Positions 29,435 through 39,209 are shown, counted from the stretch's first letter. The stretch: DNA of 64,000 nt from an uncultured bacterium (GCA_964448115.1 CAYUVA010000006.1:43608-107607); one strand, 5' to 3'. A program made the numbers and translations. Notes: generated by a model not told the origin, from the letters alone.

Positions 29435-29920
29435 TTACCTTGCTTGTCGTATCAGTATCTTCATTCTCATGTAAGTTATAACCATCAAAAGAGCTATGAT
29501 TGCGAAGCCGAGAGCATATAAAAAGTAAACCTTGACCGACTCAGCCCTGTACTTCCAAAGAGCCTCCTTGTACTGCTTCGGATCCGTGCGTATCTTGGAG
29601 TACTCGCTCTGGTAGCGAGCGATCACCTTTTCGCGCAGTGTCATCGGCTTTGGCGGGGTGGAGGCTTGCGCCTTAACCTCGCCCTTTTTCCCCTGCCTCT
29701 GCTGTCTCCCTTTCCCTGCATCCCCTTTTAGCTCATCAGTAGAGACTTCGGATTCAACGCTCTTGCCAGCTCTGAAGATCAGGCTGATCAACGAGTCGCT
29801 GAAAAGCATAAGGGAGAACATGCTCGACAAGACAACCACCGACAGCACCAAGATATACTCGGTAGTCGCTTGAGCAAGCTCCCCAGCATCTTTACTCAGC
29901 GGCCGGGAGATCGCTCGCAT
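29435..29920 (-). CDS. Flp/TadE-like pseudopilin with extra C-terminal TM
   Basis: It contains a prepilin-like GELAQATTEYILVLSVVVL segment. Confidence 0.45.
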   Translation of the reverse strand: MRAISRPLSKDAGELAQATTEYILVLSVVVLSSMFSLMLFSDSLISLIFRAGKSVESEVSTDELKGDAGKGRQQRQGKKGEVKAQASTPPKPMTLREKVIARYQSEYSKIRTDPKQYKEALWKYRAESVKVYFLYALGFAIIALLMVITYMRMKILIRQAR

Positions 29921-29922
29921 GA

Positions 29923-30528
29923 CTAAAGCTGATACTCCTTGATAACACCACCAAGAAACAAAAGCCAGGTTATTAGCGTCCCGACCGAGATGCCGTATCC
30001 ATAAGGTATCTTGAAGCTATCCTTGGGATCCGGCAGCTCGGTCTTGTAGCCCGGCATCAATGCGGTAAAGACCGTCCTTGCCACATTGCGCAGGCTCTTG
30101 AACAACCTGCCCCTTAGGATAATGACCACGATGGCGATCAGTCCGCCGACCATTGCCGAGAGGAAACTTGCATATATGACAAAGGGGTAACCCTGGAGGG
30201 CGCCGATAGCTCCGACCAGTTTCACATCACCCCCGAAGATCCCGCCCATCATGTATGCCAGGAAAAACAGCCCGAAGCCGATGATGAAGCCTAGGATGCT
30301 TATCTTAGCTCCCGACCATCCCGAAGCGATACTGTTCAGGGCAATACCTATTGCCACCGTGGGCAAGGTTACCAGGTTGAAGATCTTCTTGTAGATCACA
30401 TCGGTAAAACCGCAGACCACCAAGAAGACTATGGTGTACATGTTTATCACATGAAGCACCATAAGGTTGGTGGTGTTATCCAACCATGCTGGACTATTCT
30501 GAACATCAAAGATCAATTGCTCGAACAA
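29923..30528 (-). CDS. cpaA: Prepilin peptidase CpaA/TadV (A24 family)
   Basis: A polytopic protein with the catalytic motif GGDVKL. Confidence 0.75.
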   Translation of the reverse strand: MFEQLIFDVQNSPAWLDNTTNLMVLHVINMYTIVFLVVCGFTDVIYKKIFNLVTLPTVAIGIALNSIASGWSGAKISILGFIIGFGLFFLAYMMGGIFGGDVKLVGAIGALQGYPFVIYASFLSAMVGGLIAIVVIILRGRLFKSLRNVARTVFTALMPGYKTELPDPKDSFKIPYGYGISVGTLITWLLFLGGVIKEYQL

Positions 30529-30564
30529 GGCAAGTTCCTCTCGGCAATATGTGAGACTTGCATT

Positions 30565-30735
30565 TTACGCCTGGTCTAGGCTCTGGGCTGCGAAGTTGAT
30601 CTTCCTTCTAAGCGCCCTTCTGAAGTACACGAAGGCGGTAATCGCAGCCAGTGCGACCAGCACAAGGATCAGGACATACTCGGTCATACCCTGTCCTGTC
30701 TCATCCTTGAGGCATCTTTTTAGCGCCTGTAGCAT
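30565..30735 (-). CDS. flp: Flp-family type IVb pilin (56 aa)
   Basis: My own translation is MLQALKRCLKDETGQGMTEYVLILVLVALAAITAF.... The G/xxxEY processing motif is present. A perfect SD (GGAGGTG) lies 8 nt upstream. Because it is below 60 aa it is absent from the ORF track. Confidence 0.7.
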   Translation of the reverse strand: MLQALKRCLKDETGQGMTEYVLILVLVALAAITAFVYFRRALRRKINFAAQSLDQA

Positions 30736-30801
30736 ATTCTTTCACCTCCTAATTTATATAGTCGGACTCCGATACAGTCGAAGCCCCAAACAGCCTGGAT
30801 A

Positions 30802-30981
30802 TCACGGAAAGGGCATAGAAACCCACTTGGTTATCGTTGTGTAATACTCCATGAGGATCTGCCCGAACAGTTTGAAGGAGGCAGACAGTGCAACCGCAAC
30901 CGAGGCGATGAGCAGAAAATACTCTGACAGTGCTTGCCCCTTCTCGTTCCCTAGATATCTTTTTGTCATCTCTTTTATCAT
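30802..30981 (-). CDS. flp: Flp-family type IVb pilin, second copy (59 aa)
   Basis: My own translation is MIKEMTKRYLGNEKGQALSEYFLLIASVAVALSASF.... Confidence 0.65.
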   Translation of the reverse strand: MIKEMTKRYLGNEKGQALSEYFLLIASVAVALSASFKLFGQILMEYYTTITKWVSMPFP

Positions 30982-31169
30982 CTTTTAGTCCCTCGTATCT
31001 TTTCTTATGTCTCTACCTTTTCACAATCATAATATAGCAATTTCCATTCCACAAGTACAACCTCAGATCCAACCATCATCAAATACCAAGAAACTGCTTG
31101 TCTTTATTATTAAAAGCCTGCCGCACCGGATAAACTTTTTCCACTCAAAGTCTCTATTTTACGATGAAA

Positions 31170-31189
31170 CTATGCAATCTATTGCATAG
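31170..31189. promoter_or_regulatory. Perfect 20-bp palindrome CTATGCAAT-CT-ATTGCATAG plus third half-site ATTGCATA 12 nt downstream, in divergent flp/mnmA region
   Basis: Read directly. Confidence 0.3.
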
Positions 31190-31312
31190 TTGATGGACTA
31201 TGATTGCATACCCTTTGGCAAGGGGGCTCCTCTTACACGCCCGGTACTATCCTGCATTACATGCAACATAGGCTTGACAAAGACAACTCCAAGTACAACA
31301 TATAAATCTAAT

Positions 31313-32374
31313 ATGCAAAAGACCAAGGGCAAAACGGTGATTGTTGCCATGAGCGGCGGAAGCGACAGCTCAGCAGCAGCACTATTGCTAAAAGACAAAG
31401 GCTTCCAGGTGCATGGTGCAACCATGCTGATCAAGCCCGATAGCGATCCCACTAGGGAATTAAGCATACTCCATGCACAAAGGATTTGCAGGAAATTAGG
31501 CATAGATCACAAGATAGTCGATCTAAGGAAAAACTTTGAGGAAAGAATTATCTCTTACTTCGAGCATGAATATTTAAGGGGAAGAACCCCCAATCCATGC
31601 ATCCTGTGCAATCCACTGATGAAGTTCACACTGCTATGGCAAGCTATGCAGGGGCTTGATCCCGATTACATGGCTACTGGACACTATGCGAGGTTAAGAT
31701 ACAATCCGGATCTCGATGAGTATGAGCTGCTCAAGGGAAAAGACGAACATAAGGATCAATCATATTTCCTGTGCCGACTTAACCAGCAGATCCTAGCTAG
31801 AACCTTGTTTCCTCTGGGAACAATGACCAAGAGACAAGCGCGTAGGATGCTGACGGATAGGGGAATAGATGCCTATATTCAACAAGAGAGCCAGGAGATA
31901 TGCTTTATACCAAATAATGACTATCGAGCCTTCCTTTATTCAAGGGGTCTAGGCACCGGCATCGACGGCCATATCGTGGATCGACAGGGCAACATACTGG
32001 GTAGGCATAATGGCTTGGCAAATTATACAATAGGACAACGCAAGGGTTTAGGTATCAGCCTCGGCAAGCCTGCTTATGTGGTTAACATTGACCACGAGTC
32101 AAATCGTATCGTTATTGGCAGCGATGGCGATCTTTTCACCGATGGGCTGAAGGTTAGGGATATCAATTGGATAACAAGACAATTGCCCACTGAGGGAACT
32201 GAGATGTCTGTCAAGATTCGTTACCAGCATCCTGGAGCCAAAACCATTCTGCTTGGGCTTGACCAGGAAAAAGCTTATTTCAGGTTCAAGGATCCTCAAC
32301 GAGCGGTTACCCCTGGGCAGGCTGCCGTGTTTTACAAGGACGAGAAAGTGCTAGGTGGTGGATGGATAATGTAG
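31313..32374 (+). CDS. mnmA: tRNA-specific 2-thiouridylase MnmA
   Basis: The PP-loop motif VIVAMSGGSDSS is present and homology runs full length. I chose the ATG at 31313 rather than the ORF-track TTG at 31190. Confidence 0.85.
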   Translation: MQKTKGKTVIVAMSGGSDSSAAALLLKDKGFQVHGATMLIKPDSDPTRELSILHAQRICRKLGIDHKIVDLRKNFEERIISYFEHEYLRGRTPNPCILCNPLMKFTLLWQAMQGLDPDYMATGHYARLRYNPDLDEYELLKGKDEHKDQSYFLCRLNQQILARTLFPLGTMTKRQARRMLTDRGIDAYIQQESQEICFIPNNDYRAFLYSRGLGTGIDGHIVDRQGNILGRHNGLANYTIGQRKGLGISLGKPAYVVNIDHESNRIVIGSDGDLFTDGLKVRDINWITRQLPTEGTEMSVKIRYQHPGAKTILLGLDQEKAYFRFKDPQRAVTPGQAAVFYKDEKVLGGGWIM

Positions 32375-32441
32375 TATAATGAAACTCGTGGTATTGAAAA
32401 ACGACTTCTAGGGCAACAAAATTAAGGAGACCAAGATATTT

Positions 32442-32651
32442 GTGTATGATATTAAATATTTGATTTATAGCCTGATCCTGTCGGGCTTCTTTATGGCAAT
32501 CGGAACCATCGGCATATTCGCCAAGCCAAGGGAGACAACAAGAGGTCCGCTCAGACGGCTGTCATTAAGAGGCAAGCTGATCCTCTACCGTATTACAGGC
32601 TGGATCTTCTTCATCTTTGGTGTAATCAACATTATCTGGCAGGTAATCTAG
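32442..32651 (+). CDS. Small 2-TM membrane protein
   Basis: ORF with two hydrophobic helices. No family recognised. Confidence 0.3.
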   Translation: MYDIKYLIYSLILSGFFMAIGTIGIFAKPRETTRGPLRRLSLRGKLILYRITGWIFFIFGVINIIWQVI

Positions 32652-32666
32652 GAGCATACTGATATT

Positions 32667-35039
32667 ATGATAAACAAGATCCTGATCAAGATAGTAAATA
32701 GCGTGATCAACAAGCTACTTCGCAAGTATAAGATCCCGGACGAGGTGCTTTTATACCTAAGGAGCGCCTCGGCGATCAGTAGCAAGGGGAAGGTCAAGTA
32801 TCCGACCGAACTTTTGCCATTGGGGGCTAGGCTCTATAGTCAAGGATTCCTTAATTTCATGGTGCTGCAGACCAACCTGGACTGGGTATTGCCCTACTGG
32901 GCTTGTAAGCAGTACGACTACAAGACTCCCAGCTTCATCCCAAGAGCGCTCTATCCGATCTCTTTGAACGCCTCCCATCGCGATTGGACTATGTTCGGCA
33001 ATCTCGATTCCAAGCTGGAGGGTATAGTTGATCCCCGGGGGCTAACTACCCCCTGGATCAACTCCTACTCGGTAGATGTATGGCTCAAAGGGGCAGATGG
33101 GTGGATATTCCCTTCCCGGCTCACTGAATTCGAGCAGTCGGTTCCTGAGCATGCGCCAGTTGTAACCAACCGATTTAGCAGCGATGCAGCCGATGTCGCC
33201 ACCCGCATATATGCCGTTAAGGCACGAGAGAAAGACCTTTGCCGCATGGAGGTAACCGTAACAAATGTCTCCGAGGAAAAGATCGAGACCTCGCTGGCAA
33301 TAGCGGTGAGACCATTCAATCCCGAAGGGGTTACTACATTATTCGATCTTGAGTTCAAGTATCCTGGGTATTTCATACTCGACGGCAATATCGGACCGGT
33401 TTTTAGGGAATTCCCTAGCAGGATTGCTTGTTCTAGCTATGAAAGGGGCGATGTGGCCCTTGCTCTTGATGGGGCCAGCGATCGGTCATCGGCATCTTGC
33501 CCAGCCGGTTTGGCTAGCGGGGCAGCAATCTATGATATCGCCCTTAAGAAGGGAGAAACATACTCGGTGAACCTTGCCTTTCCGATGAGGGCAATCAAGG
33601 CGAACCTGGATGAAGTCCAGCATATCAAGGCATCGATGGATACCATCGTGATCGATGATGTTATATCTAGCTGGGAAGAAAGGCTCTTCGAGGGGATGCT
33701 GGTCAGATTGCCTGATAAGGAACTGGAGCGCCTTTTCAATGTAAACAAGTATTACTTACTTCTTCTCGATGATGCTGGTTCGATCACTCCCGGTCCAGCC
33801 ACCTACCATCACTTCTGGTTTCGCGATGCTGCCTACATGGTTTATGCGCTGGACCTGGTCGGATATCACAGCCTGGCAAGACGCATCCTGTTTAGCTATC
33901 CCTATCGCCAGGATGTAAATGGATTCTTCATCTCTCAAAATGGCGAATGGGACTCGAATGGGCAGGCGATCTGGGCACTGATGAACCATTACTACCTAAC
34001 CCGGGACAAGAGATTTCTGCGAGAGGTTTATCCTTCGATTAGCCGTGGCGTTGGCTGGATAAGGGAAGCGAGACTGCTCAAGGGGCATGAGAACACCCCA
34101 CATCATGGTCTCTTGCCGGCGGGGTTTAGTGCTGAACACCTAGGGAATGTTGATTATTATTTCTGGGATAACTTCTGGTGCCTTGCCGGCGTAAGGGAGG
34201 CGTTATTTGCGGCTAAGATCCTGAACAAGGTGGAGGATACAATCATGTTTCACGACCTCTTCGAGGATTATCGCAGAAGCATCGAGAGGGCGATGGATCA
34301 TGCCCAGGAGAAGCTGGGAGACAAGCTCATCCCGGCAGGTCCCTATCGGCGCATGGACTGCGGCGCCATCGGCTCGATATGCGCTGTATATCCATTGGAC
34401 CTGTTAGCCTATCATAATACAGCGGTGAGGAATACGCTAAATTATATACTAACCAACTTTTGTCATAATAAGTGCTTCTTCCAGGATATGGTGCACTCCG
34501 GCATCAATGCATACCTGACATTGCACCTGGCGCAGTCTTACTTGATGGGACGCGATAAAACTTGCCTGGAGATCTTTGAGGAGATACGCAAGCTGGCAAC
34601 TCCTACCCTTACTTATCCGGAGGCGATCCATCCGAGCAGCGGTGGAGGCTGTATGGGAGATGGGCACCATGGATGGGCAGCCGCCGAGATCTTGACCATG
34701 ATTCGAAACCTGATCTTCATGACCCATAACAACATACTGGAGCTGTTCCCGGTACCAATAGAATCATGGTTCAAAGAAGGCTCGACAATCTCGGTAAAGG
34801 ATGGGGGCAGCATATTTGGAGCGATCAGCTTTACCCTCAAGGTAGGCAAGGACCTGTTGGAGATCGACCTGGAACCGAGGTTTTTGGTCTCGCCGGATAA
34901 GATAGCCATCAATATCCCCTTGCCGTTGGCTGTTGCCGAGGCTGATGGGAGCGAGGTTGCCATACAACAAAGAGGGGATATCAGCTACCTCGAATGCGAT
35001 GTAACAACTCGACGATTGATTGCAAAGTTCAAGACATAA
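32667..35039 (+). CDS. Six-hairpin (alpha/alpha)6 glycoside hydrolase, glucoamylase/GDE_C-like
   Basis: A 790-aa protein with the central ...HHFWFRDAAYMVYALDLVGYH...NGEWDSNGQAIWAL... toroid-type motifs. The exact family is unresolved. Confidence 0.45.
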   Translation: MINKILIKIVNSVINKLLRKYKIPDEVLLYLRSASAISSKGKVKYPTELLPLGARLYSQGFLNFMVLQTNLDWVLPYWACKQYDYKTPSFIPRALYPISLNASHRDWTMFGNLDSKLEGIVDPRGLTTPWINSYSVDVWLKGADGWIFPSRLTEFEQSVPEHAPVVTNRFSSDAADVATRIYAVKAREKDLCRMEVTVTNVSEEKIETSLAIAVRPFNPEGVTTLFDLEFKYPGYFILDGNIGPVFREFPSRIACSSYERGDVALALDGASDRSSASCPAGLASGAAIYDIALKKGETYSVNLAFPMRAIKANLDEVQHIKASMDTIVIDDVISSWEERLFEGMLVRLPDKELERLFNVNKYYLLLLDDAGSITPGPATYHHFWFRDAAYMVYALDLVGYHSLARRILFSYPYRQDVNGFFISQNGEWDSNGQAIWALMNHYYLTRDKRFLREVYPSISRGVGWIREARLLKGHENTPHHGLLPAGFSAEHLGNVDYYFWDNFWCLAGVREALFAAKILNKVEDTIMFHDLFEDYRRSIERAMDHAQEKLGDKLIPAGPYRRMDCGAIGSICAVYPLDLLAYHNTAVRNTLNYILTNFCHNKCFFQDMVHSGINAYLTLHLAQSYLMGRDKTCLEIFEEIRKLATPTLTYPEAIHPSSGGGCMGDGHHGWAAAEILTMIRNLIFMTHNNILELFPVPIESWFKEGSTISVKDGGSIFGAISFTLKVGKDLLEIDLEPRFLVSPDKIAINIPLPLAVAEADGSEVAIQQRGDISYLECDVTTRRLIAKFKT

Positions 35040-35044
35040 GAATC

Positions 35045-36184
35045 ATGGGCGTTTATGGCGATGTAAGAACCTTCTCTATCCCTGATATTATCAATTGGAT
35101 AGCTATGGGGAAGCGTACCGGTATCCTTGTTTTGAATAAAGTCAGGGAGACCAAGAAGATCTTTTTCATCAAGGGGGATCTCGCCTCGGCATACTCCAGT
35201 CTTGCCAGCGACTCATTGGCTAACTTCATCGTAAAAAAAGGTATTCTATCCCGTGAGATGGTTTATGCACGAATAAACACCATCAAGGATAGCGACAAGG
35301 ATGTAGCCCTCAAGCTGATGAACCAGGGACTTATCACCCTGGAGGATGTAGTGCAGAGCCTATATATGAAGATCGAGGATGTCTTTTACTCGGTATATGG
35401 CTGGGATAAGGGGCAGTTTTTATTTTTGGATCAGGATCTTCCATATAGCCAGTTCCTCTTCGTTCGTATGCCGAGTCAAAAGTATATACTTGAAGGCTCG
35501 CGGCGAAGGGATGAGTGGAAGATCATCCGACAGGAATTCCCTGAATATGACATGATGATCCACCCCATCGAGGATAAAAAACTGGTCAAGAAAAAGGCAT
35601 CATCGCTCAGCCAGACCGCCAGGCAGATACTAGGTATGCTGGATAAGTCAATGGCAATCTTTCAGATAATCGCACTAAGCGAATTCTCCGAGTTCGATGT
35701 CATGTTCGAGCTTATGCAGCTAAAAAAAGAGGGCTTGATCAAGGTTCAGGATATTTATAAATCAGAGATCTTCGACAAGGAGGAGCGAATAGAGCAGCAT
35801 TTCAAGGAGGGTGTCAAGTACTTCCACGAGGGAAGGATAATCGATGCCATAGACTCCTTCGAGAAGGTACTCTCCCTGGAGCCAAGACACTTTTCCTCCA
35901 AGAGATATCTTCAGCAGGCAAAAAATCTCATCTTCGAGAAGATCTACAACACTATCGGACACAGCAAGAAGGTTCCACAACGCTTTGCTGAGGTCGCTGA
36001 CTGCACAATAAACGAGTTCTATTTGACCGAGCAAGAAAAACGAATCTTAGAGAAGATAGACGGAAAGGCCACGGTAAAAGACCTCTATTCGCAGGATGAA
36101 GCTGATATGAACACGGTCTATTATACGCTTTATCGGCTAATCGAGGCGAATATTATCGTGCTTTCCGAGGAGCCGGCGGCATGA
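35045..36184 (+). CDS. DUF4388 (PATAN/receiver-like) domain protein with C-terminal TPR-like region
   Basis: The N-terminal FSIPDIINWIAMGKRTGILVL is characteristic of DUF4388. Confidence 0.5.
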   Translation: MGVYGDVRTFSIPDIINWIAMGKRTGILVLNKVRETKKIFFIKGDLASAYSSLASDSLANFIVKKGILSREMVYARINTIKDSDKDVALKLMNQGLITLEDVVQSLYMKIEDVFYSVYGWDKGQFLFLDQDLPYSQFLFVRMPSQKYILEGSRRRDEWKIIRQEFPEYDMMIHPIEDKKLVKKKASSLSQTARQILGMLDKSMAIFQIIALSEFSEFDVMFELMQLKKEGLIKVQDIYKSEIFDKEERIEQHFKEGVKYFHEGRIIDAIDSFEKVLSLEPRHFSSKRYLQQAKNLIFEKIYNTIGHSKKVPQRFAEVADCTINEFYLTEQEKRILEKIDGKATVKDLYSQDEADMNTVYYTLYRLIEANIIVLSEEPAA

Positions 36185-36588
36185 GGAAAGATAAAATCCC
36201 AAAGAAACTACTAACTCCTCTAATCATCGTATTTATCGGTGCATTGCTCATCTATCTCGGATTAAGGGAGAGCACGGTCTATTACTATACTATCGAGGAG
36301 TTCAAGACCAATTATCAAGATCTGAAGGACAAAACCTTTCGTATAAACGGCTTGGTCAAGGATGGCTCCATAGTGAAAATCAATCGTCCCGAAGACAACC
36401 TGCTGTTCGATCTAATCGACAAGGATGACAACAAATCAGATAGCGTACAGATTCTCTACAGCGGCGCTGTGCCTGACCTGCTGGTCGATTCTGCCGAGGT
36501 TGTAGTGGAAGGCAGACCGATCAGCCTCCGAAAATTCAAGGCTACAACTATAATCACTAAATGCCCCTCCAAGTATGAATCTAAATAA
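36181..36588 (+). CDS. ccmE: Cytochrome c-type biogenesis heme chaperone CcmE, CxxxY (Cys) variant
   Basis: The N-terminal TM plus OB-fold are present. The C-terminus ...ITKCPSKYESK replaces the canonical HxxxY heme-binding His with Cys. Confidence 0.7.
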   Translation: MRKDKIPKKLLTPLIIVFIGALLIYLGLRESTVYYYTIEEFKTNYQDLKDKTFRINGLVKDGSIVKINRPEDNLLFDLIDKDDNKSDSVQILYSGAVPDLLVDSAEVVVEGRPISLRKFKATTIITKCPSKYESK

Positions 36589-38530
36589 CCTCGGCTCCCA
36601 CCTTTTATTCCTATCCTTTTTCACATCCATAGCAACCGTGATATTTTGTGTGATCGGGTACATAAGATCCGATGGCACTTACCTGCGAGCCGCAAGAAGG
36701 GGGCTTTTAGCGGTTGCCGTAATGGTGGGATGCTCCAGCTTCATCTTACTTAGAGCCTTAATCAATAGCGACTTTTCGGTCAAGTATGTCTGGGGCTATA
36801 CCAGCCTGGAGCTGCCCTTTCTTTACAAGCTATCAGCCTTTTGGGCAGGTAATGCCGGCTCATTGTTATTCTGGACTTTAGCCATGAGCTGGATGGTGCT
36901 TTTCGGCACCCGCAAGGTCGAGGCTACCTTTGATCTTAGAACCAGCTATTCTATCTATGGTTTAATCGCGCTTATCGAGACATTATTCCTTTTCCCACTA
37001 CTTAAGATAAGCTCCCCCTTCGTTTTATTTACCACCTGGTTGCCAAATGGAGCAGGGTTGAATCCGCTGCTACAGAACCTGGGCATGATATTCCATCCGC
37101 CGCTGTTATTTTTGGGATATGCCGGCTTCACCATCCCCTTTGCACTGGCACTAGGGAACCTGGTTGCGGGGAGTTCCAATGCGGACTGGATTCGCCTGAC
37201 CAGAAGATGGACGCTAATCTCATGGCTGTTTCTGACCATAGGTATCGTGCTAGGTGCAGCCTGGGCTTATGTGGAGCTTGGCTGGGGTGGATACTGGGCG
37301 TGGGATCCAGTGGAGAACGCATCATTCTTGCCCTGGCTCACTGCGACTGCCTTTTTGCACTCGGTGATCCTGCAGCAGCGTCGCGGGTTGTTCAAGGCGT
37401 GGAACATATCCCTGGTGGTGATAACCTTTCTGCTTTGCATCTTTGCCACCTATTTGACACGCAGCGGGGTGCTAAGCTCGCTGCACGCCTTTGGAGAATC
37501 GACCATTGGTAATTATTTTCTCGTATTCATGGGGCTGATTACCATTTTTAGCCTGGTAATCATCTTAGCCAGGATGCGGATGCTGGAGTCAGAGGAATTG
37601 AGCTTTGGATTTCATCGCGAGACCTACTTCCTGGCGAACAACTTCGTATTCGTACTTATGGCAGTGGTGGTCTTCTATGGCACAATGAGTCCAATGATCT
37701 GGCGCGTGCTGGCAGATAGGGAGGTTACCTACCAGGCTAGCTTTTATGTTCGTACCCTTGCACCGCTTAGCATTATCCTGGTTGTATCACTAGGCTTGTG
37801 TGTCATCTCAGGCTGGTCGCGGAGCATTTCGAGCAGGGTTGCTTGGCGTCTGCTTGCCTGCATAGTTACTGGGTTTGCTGTTCAGGTGGCACTTTGGGCA
37901 ACCAAGGTCAGCGAACGCTGGATACTTATTTTCATACCTGTATTAACCTTTGCACTAAGCGCGGTTTTATTGGACCTGGGAAGGCTAATGATGGCTTCAA
38001 ATTCAAGTGTAAAAAAGAGCCAAGGCTATCGATCGATCGGCTTCAAACCCCGTCAACTAGGCGCTGCTATCATCCACCTGGGAATGGTGTTGTTTCTTGT
38101 CGGCACGGTGGTCTCATCGGTTTACAATTACGAGAAGGACTTGGCGCTTCTGCCCGGCGAGAGTGCAGCGCTCGATAACTATCCACCCAGGGATTATAGC
38201 ATAGAGTACCTTAGAGAGATATCGTATTCAACGCCACTTAAGGATGTCTTTGGCATCGAGGTTATGCTTTACGAGAAGAATCGGGCAATGGCGTTACTCA
38301 ACCCGCGCAAGGATCTGCACCATCTCCACGAGCAGCCACAGACCGAGGTAGCAATACGAACCGGGCTTATGGAGGATGTTTATGTTATCCTGCGCGGCTT
38401 CGAGAATGGGCGAGCACACATATCGATAAGCGTCAAGCCGATGGTGATCTGGCTCTGGATCGGCACCGGGCTCATAGTTATCGGCGGCATGATCGCCCTG
38501 ATAGAGCCATCCCGTCCCCGCATTCAATAG
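36575..38530 (+). CDS. ccmF: Cytochrome c-type biogenesis protein CcmF (heme lyase)
   Basis: The WWD motif WGGYWAWDPVENASFLPWL is present in a 651-aa polytopic protein. Confidence 0.8.
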   Translation: MNLNNLGSHLLFLSFFTSIATVIFCVIGYIRSDGTYLRAARRGLLAVAVMVGCSSFILLRALINSDFSVKYVWGYTSLELPFLYKLSAFWAGNAGSLLFWTLAMSWMVLFGTRKVEATFDLRTSYSIYGLIALIETLFLFPLLKISSPFVLFTTWLPNGAGLNPLLQNLGMIFHPPLLFLGYAGFTIPFALALGNLVAGSSNADWIRLTRRWTLISWLFLTIGIVLGAAWAYVELGWGGYWAWDPVENASFLPWLTATAFLHSVILQQRRGLFKAWNISLVVITFLLCIFATYLTRSGVLSSLHAFGESTIGNYFLVFMGLITIFSLVIILARMRMLESEELSFGFHRETYFLANNFVFVLMAVVVFYGTMSPMIWRVLADREVTYQASFYVRTLAPLSIILVVSLGLCVISGWSRSISSRVAWRLLACIVTGFAVQVALWATKVSERWILIFIPVLTFALSAVLLDLGRLMMASNSSVKKSQGYRSIGFKPRQLGAAIIHLGMVLFLVGTVVSSVYNYEKDLALLPGESAALDNYPPRDYSIEYLREISYSTPLKDVFGIEVMLYEKNRAMALLNPRKDLHHLHEQPQTEVAIRTGLMEDVYVILRGFENGRAHISISVKPMVIWLWIGTGLIVIGGMIALIEPSRPRIQ

Positions 38531-38534
38531 GCGA

Positions 38535-39209
38535 TCACAGATCTTCAAGCACTGCTCTAGCTGGCGCGCCATCAAGCCCTATAAATGCTAAAGGAAGGCA
38601 GATCAGACGGTAATCGCCGGGTTCTATGGCAGACAGATTCAAGCCCTCAAGGATAATCACTCCAGCACCGAGCAACCTTCGATGAACCCTGGCTTCTCTT
38701 GCGCCATAGCGCTCCACGGATATATAATCGAAGCCTACAAGCTGCACGCCGGCATCGATAATCGCCTCTGCTGCCGATAGGTCAAGGTATGCATGATCCT
38801 CCCTGAATCGATTATCGCTAGTCCAAATCCGCGAGTTGGGGGTTCGGATGAGTAAACGCTTGCTCCATTGAATACCTACATTTAATAGATCCTCACCGGC
38901 AATAGCACCCCCATGTTGGACCTCGATTACTCTCGCATTGCCAACAAGAAGCTCCAGGGGCACCTGATCACTCCTGATTCCGCTGTTAACGAAGTGATAA
39001 GGGGGATCGATATGGGTGCCAGCGTGGCTGCTCATTGTAAGGCGACTGAGATTACACTTAGCCCCTTTGTCCATGGATTGCACTTGTTCTATCTTGAGCT
39101 TCGGGTCCCCGGGATAGCATAACATTCCCTCGAACAAGCGCATGCTGATGTCATGGATTTTCTTTTCTTCCATGTTTTTATGATAGTCTAGTAGCAATGT
39201 TAATATCAA
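38535..39209 (-). CDS. Cyclase-family protein (kynurenine formamidase-like)
   Basis: The motif SSHAGTHIDPPYHF (HxGTHxDxPxH) is present. Confidence 0.65.
   Translation of the reverse strand: MILTLLLDYHKNMEEKKIHDISMRLFEGMLCYPGDPKLKIEQVQSMDKGAKCNLSRLTMSSHAGTHIDPPYHFVNSGIRSDQVPLELLVGNARVIEVQHGGAIAGEDLLNVGIQWSKRLLIRTPNSRIWTSDNRFREDHAYLDLSAAEAIIDAGVQLVGFDYISVERYGAREARVHRRLLGAGVIILEGLNLSAIEPGDYRLICLPLAFIGLDGAPARAVLEDL

Noticed and set aside
31190-31312. ORF-track start (TTG at 31190) extending MnmA by 41 residues.
   Set aside because: The MnmA homology and PP-loop begin right after the ATG at 31313. The extension overlaps the palindromic operator region.
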